Virus record (IMG/VR): IMGVR_UViG_2816332336_000005
Span: 1 to 64,000 of that record
Direction: 5' to 3' (one strand)
Length of the DNA: 64,000 nt
Origin: a virus
Taxonomy: Duplodnaviria; Caudoviricetes
The translations under genes were made by a program, and so were the position numbers. Under the pieces are notes generated by a model. The model did not search any database. It saw only the letters and a list, made by a program, of their open reading frames with translations, and was not told the origin of the DNA. Below, piece after piece: positions 54,806 through 64,000 of the stretch (its first letter is position 1; each line of letters opens with the position of its first letter).

Positions 54806-56764
54806 TTAACAAACCTCTACCAACCGTTGCGCTATACCTAGAGTAATCTTGTCAATATCAGCTTCTTCTCTTACAGTCGCATGCACATTAATCGTAATAT
54901 TATTAGAAGCATGACTAGAACCACTTTCGCTCACAGGTTCTCGTCTATCGACAGGTGGCTCAGACGCCTCTTCCTTGCTGGCTCGGTTCTCCTCTGCGGT
55001 CATTACCCTTTCGCCTTTATGCAAACGAGCTTGGTAGCCGTCAAATGGCACGTAGTCAAGGCCACTGTAGTGAGAACCATCGTCCCCGACGCCTATATTG
55101 CGACGCTCACGAAAATCTCTCATCTTCTCTTGTTGAAGCGAGTAATCCATTTCGACTGCGGTTATTTTCGGGATATTGAGCGTGAACTCCTCGTCACTGA
55201 AAGGCATTTTAAAGCTAAACGCCTGATTCATCGCGTCAATTAGCGTGTTCAATTTCCCGATTACCCAGTTCACTCCGGTCGCGAACCCGTTTTTGATAGT
55301 GACCCACATGGAATGGCCCGCTTCTTTTACGGTCTCCCAGTTTTTAACGAGTAGATATCCTGCGCCGATTAACGTACCTATCCCGACTACTACAAGCCCT
55401 ATCGGGTTAGCGCTAGCTGCGGTATTAAACGCCCATTGTGCGGCTGTTGCCGTTAACATTACGGCCTTATAAGTAGCCCATGCCGTAGTAGCTCCGACAA
55501 CCAATGGTCCCACGATTTCTAAGACGTCTTTAGTTGTTTTCCCCCACTTTTGCGCCTCTTTACTTCCGAACCACTTGTTGAAGACAGAAGCCGCATTTGC
55601 TCCTTTATCTGCGAGGTCTCTTAGGGTAGGAAGCATCGGTGTGAATATTTCTATCTTTAACCCTTCCAGCGCGGATTCCAACTCAACAAGCGAGCCGTTA
55701 AAGTTATCGAGTTGGATTTTCGATACTCTTCCGGCTGTCCCGGCGCTATTCTCCAGCTCTTTCGTAAACTTCCGTAGCTTATCGGGGCCCGCGTCCATTA
55801 ACGCTAGAAATCCGCTACCAGCTTCCATACCCGCGATTATACCAGAAAGCGCCGTTTTCTGTTCGCTGGTCATGCCTTTCATCGCGTTCTGGAGGTCTCC
55901 AAGGATCGTGGCAAGCGATTTCATCTTGCCTCCGCTATCAAACAGTTTAACGCCAAGCTTATCGAACGCTTCTGCCGCTTCTTTCGGAGGTTTCGCAAAA
56001 CGGGCGAATAGTCCCCGTAACGTAGTACCCGCTTGTTCCGCTTGGATACCCGCATTACCGAGAATACCTGCCGCGGCAGCCGTTTCTTCTAACGACACAC
56101 CGAGCGCTTTCGCCCAAGGAGCCGCGTACTTCATCGTGTAACCGAGCATTTGAAGGTCAACGTTAGCTGACGTAAAGGCCTTCGTAAGCACGTCGGCCAC
56201 ACGTCCTGTATCTCCTGCCGCGATACCAAAGCCGGAGAGGATATTCGAAACGATATCGGCGGTTGTTCCGAGGTCTGTCTGGCCCGCCGCAGCCGCATCG
56301 AGAAGCCCGGGCATGGCCGAGATTATCTCGTTGGTCTTATAGCCCGCCATCGCGAGAAACTGCATACCTTCGGCGGCTTGGCTTGCGCTAAAGACCGTAG
56401 AGGCGCCGAGTTCTTTTGCTTTCGTGGTTAGTTTCGCCAGGTCTCCGGCGCTAGCGCTTGAAAGTGCTGCTACACGGGACATTGAGCTTTCGAAGTCAGC
56501 CGCCGTTTTGATTCCGTCAAAGGCCGTACCGACAGCGACTACTGCGCCCGCCACCATTTTAAGCTTGCCGAGAAGATTCGGAAGTCCACCCGAGAAATTG
56601 TTTAGCGATTGAGTTGCGGCATTCTGAGAATTACGATAGGAGCCGGTAGTTGCTGCAATCTTTTTCACCGATAAGTTCGTCCGATCGAGTTCCGAAGACA
56701 CTCGGCGGAGGGTCGGGGTCATCACGTCCACAATCCGTAACCGGCCGACTAGATCAAACGCCAC
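54806..56764 (-). CDS. Tape measure protein (TP901 family core)
   Basis: 'FESSMSRV.A', 'FSASQAAEGMQFLAMAG', 'GLDYVPFDGY.A.LHKGE'. Confidence 0.92.
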   Translation of the reverse strand: MAFDLVGRLRIVDVMTPTLRRVSSELDRTNLSVKKIAATTGSYRNSQNAATQSLNNFSGGLPNLLGKLKMVAGAVVAVGTAFDGIKTAADFESSMSRVAALSSASAGDLAKLTTKAKELGASTVFSASQAAEGMQFLAMAGYKTNEIISAMPGLLDAAAAGQTDLGTTADIVSNILSGFGIAAGDTGRVADVLTKAFTSANVDLQMLGYTMKYAAPWAKALGVSLEETAAAAGILGNAGIQAEQAGTTLRGLFARFAKPPKEAAEAFDKLGVKLFDSGGKMKSLATILGDLQNAMKGMTSEQKTALSGIIAGMEAGSGFLALMDAGPDKLRKFTKELENSAGTAGRVSKIQLDNFNGSLVELESALEGLKIEIFTPMLPTLRDLADKGANAASVFNKWFGSKEAQKWGKTTKDVLEIVGPLVVGATTAWATYKAVMLTATAAQWAFNTAASANPIGLVVVGIGTLIGAGYLLVKNWETVKEAGHSMWVTIKNGFATGVNWVIGKLNTLIDAMNQAFSFKMPFSDEEFTLNIPKITAVEMDYSLQQEKMRDFRERRNIGVGDDGSHYSGLDYVPFDGYQARLHKGERVMTAEENRASKEEASEPPVDRREPVSESGSSHASNNITINVHATVREEADIDKITLGIAQRLVEVC

Positions 56765-56766
56765 GA

Positions 56767-56946
56767 TTAGCCACCCCCTTCCCTATTCAACGCCGCAGTC
56801 TCGTCTTCAACGGCCACCTCTGTGGAGGCGTACATAAAGATACGCTCACCTCTCGGCGCGTTATAAATGTAGGCCGGCGGGAGGCCTTGTCGTTGGAATA
56901 TTGTGTGTATAACGAAAGCCTCGCCTCCCGCGCGTATTAGTTTTTT
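56767..56946 (-). CDS. Tail assembly chaperone 'T' extension (-1 frameshift product)
   Basis: Slippery A_AAA_AAC at 56940-56946; the -1 frame reads LIRAGGEAFVIHTIFQRQGLPP...FMYAS...EGGG*. Confidence 0.8.
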   Translation of the reverse strand, partial: KKLIRAGGEAFVIHTIFQRQGLPPAYIYNAPRGERIFMYASTEVAVEDETAALNREGGG

Positions 56947-57302
56947 ACTTGGTCAACCGCTGCCCCAATGTCGTACCCAGATAAGTCTAAAATCTCAGAG
57001 ACAAGCTTAATCCTTTCACCCGGAAGTAACGTCTTTTCAACAACTTTTACAGGGTCTTGTGTCTCATATTTCGCGAGTAAATCCGGATGTGACCAGTCTG
57101 GTTCGATCGTTGCTTTTTGTATCATTATTAGGGCTTTCTTAGTCTGATCGACCGTCTTCCCAAACGTCGCTCTTTCTTGGCTATCTTCGATTTCTTGATC
57201 ATCAAGAGCACGGATACGGAATGTCCCAAATCGTTTCAGTGGCACTTCTTTTTCGGGTTTTTTATCAGCATCAAGCAGGGCTTTTAATAGATCGTCTGTC
57301 AT
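56937..57302 (-). CDS. Tail assembly chaperone (XkdN-like)
   Basis: 'PDW..PDL', 'LLPGE...L...I.DLSGY...VKN*'. Confidence 0.88.
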   Translation of the reverse strand: MTDDLLKALLDADKKPEKEVPLKRFGTFRIRALDDQEIEDSQERATFGKTVDQTKKALIMIQKATIEPDWSHPDLLAKYETQDPVKVVEKTLLPGERIKLVSEILDLSGYDIGAAVDQVKN

Positions 57303-57321
57303 GTAATCATCCCCCTAATTT

Positions 57322-57768
57322 TTACTTCTCTTCAATGAAATCTAGGAACTCGTAATCTTCAAAAACAAAAGGCCACTCCGTCTCGACGGGTGACCCATGC
57401 TCAAATTTCATTACATCAATTTTGGTAAACTGGACGCCCTTTGCGAGTACTCGCTCGGCACCGTATGCCTCGGGATCATCGAGTTTCATAACGAGCTGGC
57501 AAACGAAGGCCCCGGCACGGTCGTCCATGATCTGTCCTATCTTACGAGCAAATGCGGACGATATCTTGTATCCGCGAATAGAACCGGTACACTCGATACT
57601 CATCGGCTTGTTCCCGGCTTTGCGACTACCGGATCGCTTAATCTTTTCGTATTGAATCTCGACGGATAACTCACCCGCATTGAAGTTCGCCAGCCACACT
57701 CCGTCCATCCAGATTTCGCCGAACGAACCACTTAGGACGCGGTTGGATTCTAGTAAATTTTTCGCCAT
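57322..57768 (-). CDS. Tail tube protein (XkdM-like)
   Basis: 'SGSFGEIW.DG', 'KLDDPEAYGAERV', 'PFVFEDYE'. Confidence 0.9.
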   Translation of the reverse strand: MAKNLLESNRVLSGSFGEIWMDGVWLANFNAGELSVEIQYEKIKRSGSRKAGNKPMSIECTGSIRGYKISSAFARKIGQIMDDRAGAFVCQLVMKLDDPEAYGAERVLAKGVQFTKIDVMKFEHGSPVETEWPFVFEDYEFLDFIEEK

Positions 57769-57782
57769 CTATACTTACCTCC

Positions 57783-58820
57783 CTATACGTGGATTCGTAG
57801 GAAGATGCGTTCCATACTATCGGTCTCTGTATAAGCGATGTACAAATATACCGCGTCTCCCTTCGATTCAAATTCGGGGTCTAACGTTACAACGGGGTCT
57901 TCGAGGACATTCGCTTTACCTAATCGTTCTAGGTACGCTTTGATCGCCGCAATTAAGGCCGCCTGCCCGTCTCGGTTGTTATCAAGTTTGCCGATGTATT
58001 CACTCGCGGCTGTTTTCACGATGTCCGTGCTAATCGCCTGTCGTCCGCGAATCTTGCGTATCTTGGCACCGCTTGTTAATTGCCCTTTTTCCACGATCAC
58101 GTAATCACCGTTGTGTACGAGGACAAGCGAACCCGCTTCGAGCGCTTCGTCGATCTGTGCGTTCGTAAGACGCTTATTAACGTCGTCTAACGGTAGTCTT
58201 GCGTACGTAATCGACTTATTGATCGGTGTACCTGCGATTAAGCCGGCAATGTACGGTGCGTACTCACCTGACGGGTACTCTTTGCCGTTGACTACGCCGC
58301 CGACAATCAGGTTAGCTACATAGCTATCCGCTATCTTCTTACTGCGCGCGTTCCCTACTTTCGGGTCAGCGTCATCTGCCGCCGTACCGCCTGTGACGTA
58401 TACGAAATGCTTGCCTTCCGTACGATTGCGTTTCACCCACGCTACTGTCGCGTCAATTTCAGCCGAATCCACAGATCCGTCGTATGCAAACACGTTAAAT
58501 GTTCGTGTATCAAAGGAATCGCGCATCTCGATAAATGCCTCTGCCGCTTGCTCCTTCGGCATGGTGTATACGAGCACTTGCTTTGCGCCGCCTTGCAATA
58601 CGAAACGAATGGACTGAATATTGGTGACGCCGAACAAGTCAACCGCTTGCTTTTCGGTCTCAATCGTGTAGAACGTCTTTTCTGTCGCTTTTGCTCCGTA
58701 CTTCATAAGTGGAATTGCAACAATACCACGAGCACCGCCTCGAATCTGTGATGCCGCGGCTTCCACGTACATCAAATAGAGCCCGGGACGGGTCGGCTCA
58801 TTAAGTGGGTCCCATTCCAT
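57783..58820 (-). CDS. Tail sheath protein (compact form)
   Basis: 'RPGLY', 'IAGLIAG.P..KSITY', 'YIGK.DN...G', 'DSMERI'. Confidence 0.88.
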   Translation of the reverse strand: MEWDPLNEPTRPGLYLMYVEAAASQIRGGARGIVAIPLMKYGAKATEKTFYTIETEKQAVDLFGVTNIQSIRFVLQGGAKQVLVYTMPKEQAAEAFIEMRDSFDTRTFNVFAYDGSVDSAEIDATVAWVKRNRTEGKHFVYVTGGTAADDADPKVGNARSKKIADSYVANLIVGGVVNGKEYPSGEYAPYIAGLIAGTPINKSITYARLPLDDVNKRLTNAQIDEALEAGSLVLVHNGDYVIVEKGQLTSGAKIRKIRGRQAISTDIVKTAASEYIGKLDNNRDGQAALIAAIKAYLERLGKANVLEDPVVTLDPEFESKGDAVYLYIAYTETDSMERIFLRIHV

Positions 58821-58834
58821 CGCGTTACCTCCTT

Positions 58835-59281
58835 TTATCGGGCCTCAAACCGCCCGTATACGTGCATAATCTTGTCGTACTGTTCTTGCGTTCTTGCCTC
58901 GCGTACCTCCGTTGATAACACCCCAAGCCGTGCGTAGAGACCGCCCTCCGTCTTGAATGCCGTTGAAAAAGAAAAAGACCCGATACGGATAAACCGCTTC
59001 GAGTCTTTCATTGGGATTAATGTAGTTCCATCGTTTACTTTACGTTCGATCACGTCCATTTTGGCTAGGACATCCTGCGCATCAACACCGTATACCACGA
59101 TCTGATAGTCGCGATCAATCCGGTAGTGATAGCGCGTCTCAGACTCAGACCCGGAGGACAGGAGCCGGACGACTACGTTATTTTTCGCTGGCTTGTCAGG
59201 TACTTCGTATTTCAACGCGATCGAAGGCAATGCCGCCTTTATAAACTCACCCACTGATTCTTGCTCAACGAGTGCGGACAT
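58835..59281 (-). CDS. Tail terminator/completion protein
   Basis: Position between the neck gene and the sheath gene. Confidence 0.65.
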   Translation of the reverse strand: MSALVEQESVGEFIKAALPSIALKYEVPDKPAKNNVVVRLLSSGSESETRYHYRIDRDYQIVVYGVDAQDVLAKMDVIERKVNDGTTLIPMKDSKRFIRIGSFSFSTAFKTEGGLYARLGVLSTEVREARTQEQYDKIMHVYGRFEAR

Positions 59282-59294
59282 CGTACCACCTCCG

Positions 59295-59711
59295 TTAGAA
59301 ACCTAGTTTCTGGACTTCCGCTTTTACTCCGTCTTCAATGTCTTTTAGCCACTTCTGCTTATGTTCGTCGGCCGGAGCATCTATAAACTTCGCAACAGTG
59401 CCGGGAGTTGTCGGATTCTTGATGTCGCCTTTTACCTCGTGAATGTAGTAAGCGTAATTAAAATTCGGCCACTTGGGTGTGTTTTCTATTGCAACGGCCG
59501 AAATCTCACCGCTTACCTCACCGTTTTTCTGCCGGACTTCCGTACTAATGCCGCGCCGTAACGTGCCTTTGTCTAAAGGAGCAACGTCTACTGATTCCGC
59601 TTTCCACTCGTCCATAGCATCGTGCATACCGCGTTTGGTCGCGGCGAATACGACCTCGGGCGTTCGCTGAATCGCGTCCTTAAATGCCCGCATGTCAAAT
59701 TCGAATTCCAT
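59295..59711 (-). CDS. HK97 gp10-like neck protein
   Basis: 'APLDKGTLRR', 'NYAYYIHE'. Confidence 0.8.
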   Translation of the reverse strand: MEFEFDMRAFKDAIQRTPEVVFAATKRGMHDAMDEWKAESVDVAPLDKGTLRRGISTEVRQKNGEVSGEISAVAIENTPKWPNFNYAYYIHEVKGDIKNPTTPGTVAKFIDAPADEHKQKWLKDIEDGVKAEVQKLGF

Positions 59712-59713
59712 AG

Positions 59714-60079
59714 TTACAGTGACACCTCCGTTAAGATAGGCTTGCCGCCAATACCACGTTTAATCTCAATCGCTAACGGGCTATACTGGCGTACTCTGCC
59801 GAGCTCGTCGGTAAACTCGATCCGGTCGCTGATCGAAATAGGTGCTAGTCTGTCGCAAAGTACCTGTGCAGAGGACACGACTTCTTGCGAAGTAACGCCG
59901 TGTACACCGCCCTGATTCGTCTGTGCCCGAACAAGCTTCGTCTTCTCCTGTATCCGGCAACGCAACGAAAAAGGATCGCCGTATACCGGTCGATCCCATT
60001 CGTCTGTCTTCGGATTGCCCTCGTCGTCTAACAACGCAGGGTAAACCGTTATCTTGTTTCGCATCGGCACCAAAGGCAC
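59714..60079 (-). CDS. Head closure protein
   Basis: 'DEWDRP.Y..P..LRCRI.E...LVR...EVVS'; synteny. Confidence 0.7.
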   Translation of the reverse strand: MPLVPMRNKITVYPALLDDEGNPKTDEWDRPVYGDPFSLRCRIQEKTKLVRAQTNQGGVHGVTSQEVVSSAQVLCDRLAPISISDRIEFTDELGRVRQYSPLAIEIKRGIGGKPILTEVSL

Positions 60080-60463
60080 TTATAACACGCTCCATCCTAC
60101 GCCGCGATTCCCGAGCTTCACGTCATTTTCCGCCCCGATTAGTTCACGACTTATTGGCGGTATCAGATCGGCTAGTTCTCTCGGTTTGTCGCGGAATGTA
60201 AAGGATGCTACACCGGATAACGAAAACGCACTGACGCCGTTATGGGCTTGCCGTAACGTGTCGTTAAACTCTCGGGCCAATACTGCCGCGAACTCATATA
60301 CAGCCGCATCCGGTACTGTATATTTCGGATATGCGGACGCTAGTGTACGTGACGCGACGTTAATTATCCGTTGTTTTCTCGCTTCGTCACAATCCGCCCA
60401 ATCTTCGATATCAATAACATTTACGTCAATATAATCGTCTGCGGCTTCGATTGATAACGTCAT
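60080..60463 (-). CDS. Head-tail adaptor protein
   Basis: 'ADDYI...W......KQR....A', 'AVYE.A', 'GV.AFSL.G'. Confidence 0.7.
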   Translation of the reverse strand: MTLSIEAADDYIDVNVIDIEDWADCDEARKQRIINVASRTLASAYPKYTVPDAAVYEFAAVLAREFNDTLRQAHNGVSAFSLSGVASFTFRDKPRELADLIPPISRELIGAENDVKLGNRGVGWSVL

Positions 60464-60481
60464 AAGGAAACACCTCCGTTT

Positions 60482-60667
60482 TTATTCGGAGGCTTTGCCG
60501 CGTCCCTTTTTGGCGGGTTCCTCCGTTTTTGTTTCGTCCATGTATCCGTAATTGTTTACGAGTACATCACGGGTCACTACGTCCTTAACCTCTGCTACCC
60601 CGTTGACAAACGGCACCCCCTCGGTAATGCCGTTATACTTATCATTTGGCGTTTTAATCGTATACAA
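60482..60667 (-). CDS. Small virion protein after the major capsid gene
   Basis: RBS AAGGAGG; 'PN..YNG...GVPFVNGVAE'. Confidence 0.65.
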   Translation of the reverse strand: MYTIKTPNDKYNGITEGVPFVNGVAEVKDVVTRDVLVNNYGYMDETKTEEPAKKGRGKASE

Positions 60668-60682
60668 GGTCGCACCTCCTTA

Positions 60683-61606
60683 TTACTTGCGAACTTCTGG
60701 CTTCTTAATGACGCCCTTCAATCGTGCGGCCGCACGAGGGTGGAATACAGCCATACCTGCATACCATTCGATACGAGTACGGAATACTGGCTTGCTGTCC
60801 AGTTCGCCTAGGTCTCGAACCGATACGCCACCATTCTGTAAGCCGGATACGTACTGCTCTGGTCCAAATCTCACAGCGTAGACAGAGCCTGTATCCTTTG
60901 CAGTACCAACCGTCTCATTAAAGCCAAGGATTTCATTACCGGATTGGTCTGTTTCAACGGTACGGATCGGGATGCCATAGTACGTAGATACAGGACGACC
61001 AAACGCGTCTGCTCCGTTTTCGATATAGTGAGTAGATTCGCGTAAAAGCTTGTTAAATTCTCGGCGCATCGCTTTCGACACAAACAATGCGCTAGGATCA
61101 CCCTCCACAGCGTCAATTAGTTCGTCGATCATGTCTTGTGTGAGGTTGGCACCGTTCTCACCGGCTGAAATAACTTGACCGCCAGACAGTCGTTTTTTCA
61201 AGCCATCAAACCCCTTTGCGTCCACTGCTTGGTCGCCATTGAAAAATTGATTCGTGATAGCTAGCGACAAAGCTTTGGCTTTCATTTCGGTATGAATCGC
61301 GCGAACATCGTTGATATTACTGCGAGTCTGCACAATAAATCTGTCAACGTCCACGTCACCACCCGCGATGTACAGTTTCTCAGACGCAGGATTGATGATA
61401 CCTGTAGACTCATTGTAGCCTTCGTTTACATCACGAAAACCAATGCCCGGTAGAGCACCCTCTTGATTGTACGCGTACGCATTACCTGCGATTTCCATAA
61501 ACGGCAGCAATTCAAGAATGGATGAGGTACGAGCGAATGTTTCAATAACTCCGCGTTGTAGTGTATCTTGGGATAATTTCGAAGCTTCTAGTAGGGTCAA
61601 AGACAT
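60683..61606 (-). CDS. Major capsid protein
   Basis: 'LTLLEA.KL', 'LPF..I.GNAY.YN.E..LP', 'GGDVDVD.FI', 'FDGL.KR', 'AAARL.G'. Confidence 0.9.
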   Translation of the reverse strand: MSLTLLEASKLSQDTLQRGVIETFARTSSILELLPFMEIAGNAYAYNQEGALPGIGFRDVNEGYNESTGIINPASEKLYIAGGDVDVDRFIVQTRSNINDVRAIHTEMKAKALSLAITNQFFNGDQAVDAKGFDGLKKRLSGGQVISAGENGANLTQDMIDELIDAVEGDPSALFVSKAMRREFNKLLRESTHYIENGADAFGRPVSTYYGIPIRTVETDQSGNEILGFNETVGTAKDTGSVYAVRFGPEQYVSGLQNGGVSVRDLGELDSKPVFRTRIEWYAGMAVFHPRAAARLKGVIKKPEVRK

Positions 61607-61670
61607 AAATTAAACATCTCCTTTAGTAGTTTTTTTGGAAAATAAAAAGACACCCTCATTTGGGTGCCTC

Positions 61671-62246
61671 TTATTTAGAGGAGCCGTAGCCCGCTTTAAT
61701 TAATTGAATAGGGGAAAGCTTACTTAGGTCAGGCTTCTGTTGATCAGGCGTATTTGTATCCCCGCCAATCTGCTCCTGTTTCTTCCTTGCAAACAACCCC
61801 TTTTTCTCTGCTGTATTAATCCATTCAAGTTTTTGTTCGATCGTAAAATCTTTCGGAATTAAATCGTGTAACTCTTCTGGTATAGTTGAAATCTTTGTTT
61901 CGAACATCTGTTGAAGTATTGACTCTAGTTGCTGTACGCGTTGCTCTTGTGATTCTGCTTTAACTTTAAAGTCTTCTGCCTGTTTTGTGCTTTCTTGATA
62001 GAGACGTTCAAACTCGCCCTTCTTTTCAGCTTCTTCTTTTTCTTGTGTTTCTTTCTCTTTTAAAATCTCCTCTAGCTGTTTTTGTGTTTCACGATAACGG
62101 TTATTTACGTCATCGAATCTACTTTTTGGGATAAACTTTTCTTCCTGTTTCTTATCTTGGGGTTCTTGCTGCCCTTCTACAGATTCGCCCTCTGTTTCTG
62201 CAAAATATTGAAGATTTACGGAAAAAGGAAATAGTAACTTTTTCAT
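61671..62246 (-). CDS. Capsid scaffold protein
   Basis: 'NLQYFAE' motif, 'IPKSRFDDVN', coiled coil. Confidence 0.85.
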   Translation of the reverse strand: MKKLLFPFSVNLQYFAETEGESVEGQQEPQDKKQEEKFIPKSRFDDVNNRYRETQKQLEEILKEKETQEKEEAEKKGEFERLYQESTKQAEDFKVKAESQEQRVQQLESILQQMFETKISTIPEELHDLIPKDFTIEQKLEWINTAEKKGLFARKKQEQIGGDTNTPDQQKPDLSKLSPIQLIKAGYGSSK

Positions 62247-62288
62247 AAACAGTCCTCCTATTCGTGTTTAACGAGCAACGCCTCGATT

Positions 62289-63116
62289 TTATTTTTCCGG
62301 CAATCGTATCGGCGTGACCACATGCCTGCAACGTGGATGAAATATCTCTCGACTACCTATAAGGTTTCCGATATACGGGTAATCTCCCGGGGCATCCGGC
62401 ATTAGTTTGACGATACGTCCTTCCCAACTACGGCAAGCATCCTTCGCCCCATGACCGGAAATACGACCGTAATATGTTTCGCGCTCAACCGCTTCATTTA
62501 TCGTCGCTTCTATTTGTGTCCGCATCATCTTCGTACGAACAACGGTGTCAACGTAAACTTCCGGCTTCCAGCGCCGACCAGCCGCATCAATTATGCCTGT
62601 TTCAACAGATCGCCCTAGCGTCTTTCTAATGTCCGAAAGGATATCGCGACTAATCGTACGCCTACCGTTAGTGCCTCGTGCCATATTCGCACGCATGGCC
62701 TCTGCGGTAGCCCTCCGGATTGCTAGTCGAACCTCTCTATGAACTCGTTTCGTAACTTCGAGTAGGTCCGATTGTGTATCAGCTATGGCTGACGCTACCA
62801 ACCGCTTATTCAGCGTGCCGAATTTAGCGAGGGCCAACGCTTCGCTGACCGTACCAACGGATTCAAGAGCCACGAGACTTTCCGCGACGCCATACTCGAC
62901 CGCCTTCGTAATGCTTACGTTAATCCATTCGGTGGTTTCTTCGTTTAACTCCGTGAGAATTTGTGTAATCTTTGCTACGAGCGCCTTCTCCCTTGTGTAA
63001 GAGACGTCTGTTACGTTAAGCCGTTCTAGTTCGCGCATAATGTCGTTCAATGCACGCTTGTACGCGGTGACTAGACGCTCAATATCGTAATCGTACTGAG
63101 TCTGAGGTCCATTCAT
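62289..63116 (-). CDS. Minor capsid protein
   Basis: 'DAAGRRW....Y...VVRT', 'IFHPRCRH'. Confidence 0.85.
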   Translation of the reverse strand: MNGPQTQYDYDIERLVTAYKRALNDIMRELERLNVTDVSYTREKALVAKITQILTELNEETTEWINVSITKAVEYGVAESLVALESVGTVSEALALAKFGTLNKRLVASAIADTQSDLLEVTKRVHREVRLAIRRATAEAMRANMARGTNGRRTISRDILSDIRKTLGRSVETGIIDAAGRRWKPEVYVDTVVRTKMMRTQIEATINEAVERETYYGRISGHGAKDACRSWEGRIVKLMPDAPGDYPYIGNLIGSREIFHPRCRHVVTPIRLPEK

Positions 63117-64000
63117 TACTTGTCATCACCGCTTTTTTCGGACTCGTTGAACACTGACGGGTCCACGAACTCTTGCTCCGATTTAATACGAGCCATCTCT
63201 TCGTCTACTTGCTCCTCAGTCAATCCGTCGAGAAGCTTAATAGCTGTACGTTGGCTAATCGTTGGCATTCCGGCCGTTCTTATACTCATTAGGTTGGCCT
63301 GCTCCATTTCATCATCAGGCAATCCGTCTTTAAAATTGATCTTAGGCCATGTCGGGGTGTAGTTTAGCTTTTCCGTAGATTGCGCGTGTTCTAGTAGCTG
63401 TGCGATGTACAATACGTTTTTAAGTCCTTTGTCATAGTACTGACGTTTACGGTTTATCTTCGCGAGCAGACTATTCATACGCCACTTGATTGATAGTCCC
63501 GAAGAACCGGACGTACCACTATTGTCTTTTCCTAACGCTACAGCAGGTAGTTCAGCAACCGTTAAAAGAACGTCGAGTATCCTTTCGATTTCTTTAAAGG
63601 CCGCGTCCAGTTGCCCATCCCAAGTGATGTACTTAGGCATTACGTCGTCCTTCCCTGTAATCTCGAATACCTTTAGGCTACCAACGTGAAAAACTGTTCG
63701 ACCGTCCTCGTCCACGTCCATCAAGCCCGCCGGAATAGCGATTGCAGGATCGGCATGTTTATCGAGAATTACCGCGATTTGACTGAGGCGGTTGTTTAAC
63801 TCATCGAATAGTGATAGGTGTTCCGAGAGATCATCCAATCCACGCCACGAGTCGTCGTAAGCGAAGTTTGGTACGTGTACAACCAACGGAAAAGGCACGC
63901 CGGTTTTGATTTCTTTGTGAGACTCCGTAACCTCAGCGTAAATCTTCCAACTGATTACCTCGTTATCCTCATTGGTAGAGAGTGCGTTCATTCGGTATTC
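63116..64000 (-). CDS. Portal protein (SPP1 gp6-like), 5' part outside window
   Basis: 'PKYITWDGQL', 'SG.SG.SIKWR', 'I.FKDGLP.D'; the frame stays open to the window edge. Confidence 0.88.
   Translation of the reverse strand, partial: EYRMNALSTNEDNEVISWKIYAEVTESHKEIKTGVPFPLVVHVPNFAYDDSWRGLDDLSEHLSLFDELNNRLSQIAVILDKHADPAIAIPAGLMDVDEDGRTVFHVGSLKVFEITGKDDVMPKYITWDGQLDAAFKEIERILDVLLTVAELPAVALGKDNSGTSGSSGLSIKWRMNSLLAKINRKRQYYDKGLKNVLYIAQLLEHAQSTEKLNYTPTWPKINFKDGLPDDEMEQANLMSIRTAGMPTISQRTAIKLLDGLTEEQVDEEMARIKSEQEFVDPSVFNESEKSGDDK

Larger units (their letters stand above)
45766..64000. mobile_element. Prophage 2 (myovirus-type), partial; continues past the window end
   Basis: Second full lysis, tail and head module, visibly more GC-rich, starting at the att copy. 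Confidence 0.92.

Noticed and set aside
47043-63689. Numerous + strand ORFs opposite prophage 2 structural genes (e.g. 53292-53831, 55575-56141)
   Set aside because: Antisense shadows of well-supported genes in GC-richer DNA; no recognisable motifs.

Overview
Low-GC Bacillota chromosome segment, probably Brevibacillus (inferred from an OWP-like S-layer N-terminus). It holds three elements stacked in tandem at one tRNA-Val(GAC) attachment site; 45-bp copies of the tRNA 3' half lie at 7674-7718 and 45721-45765. (1) 1-7673: a decayed element with a broken tyrosine integrase, ASCH and WYL remnants, and two surface-protein genes, one with eight 297-bp repeats. (2) 7674-45765: an apparently complete ~38-kb myovirus-type prophage with integrase, ImmA, CI/Cro, ERF/SSB/initiator, terminase, head, contractile tail and lysis modules. 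Its accessory cargo is a secreted Kelch protein, an unknown three-gene operon, a lipoprotein moron and a type I toxin-antitoxin locus. (3) 45766 to the window end: the lysis, tail and head half of a second, more GC-rich myovirus-type prophage. The most unusual signal is an array of five directly repeated, ~28-bp, 11-6-11 dif/Xer-like sites at 34925-35968. Each separates one small ORF from the next, which suggests an integron-like gene-cassette array in the phage early region. All calls are by eye; no database searches were run.
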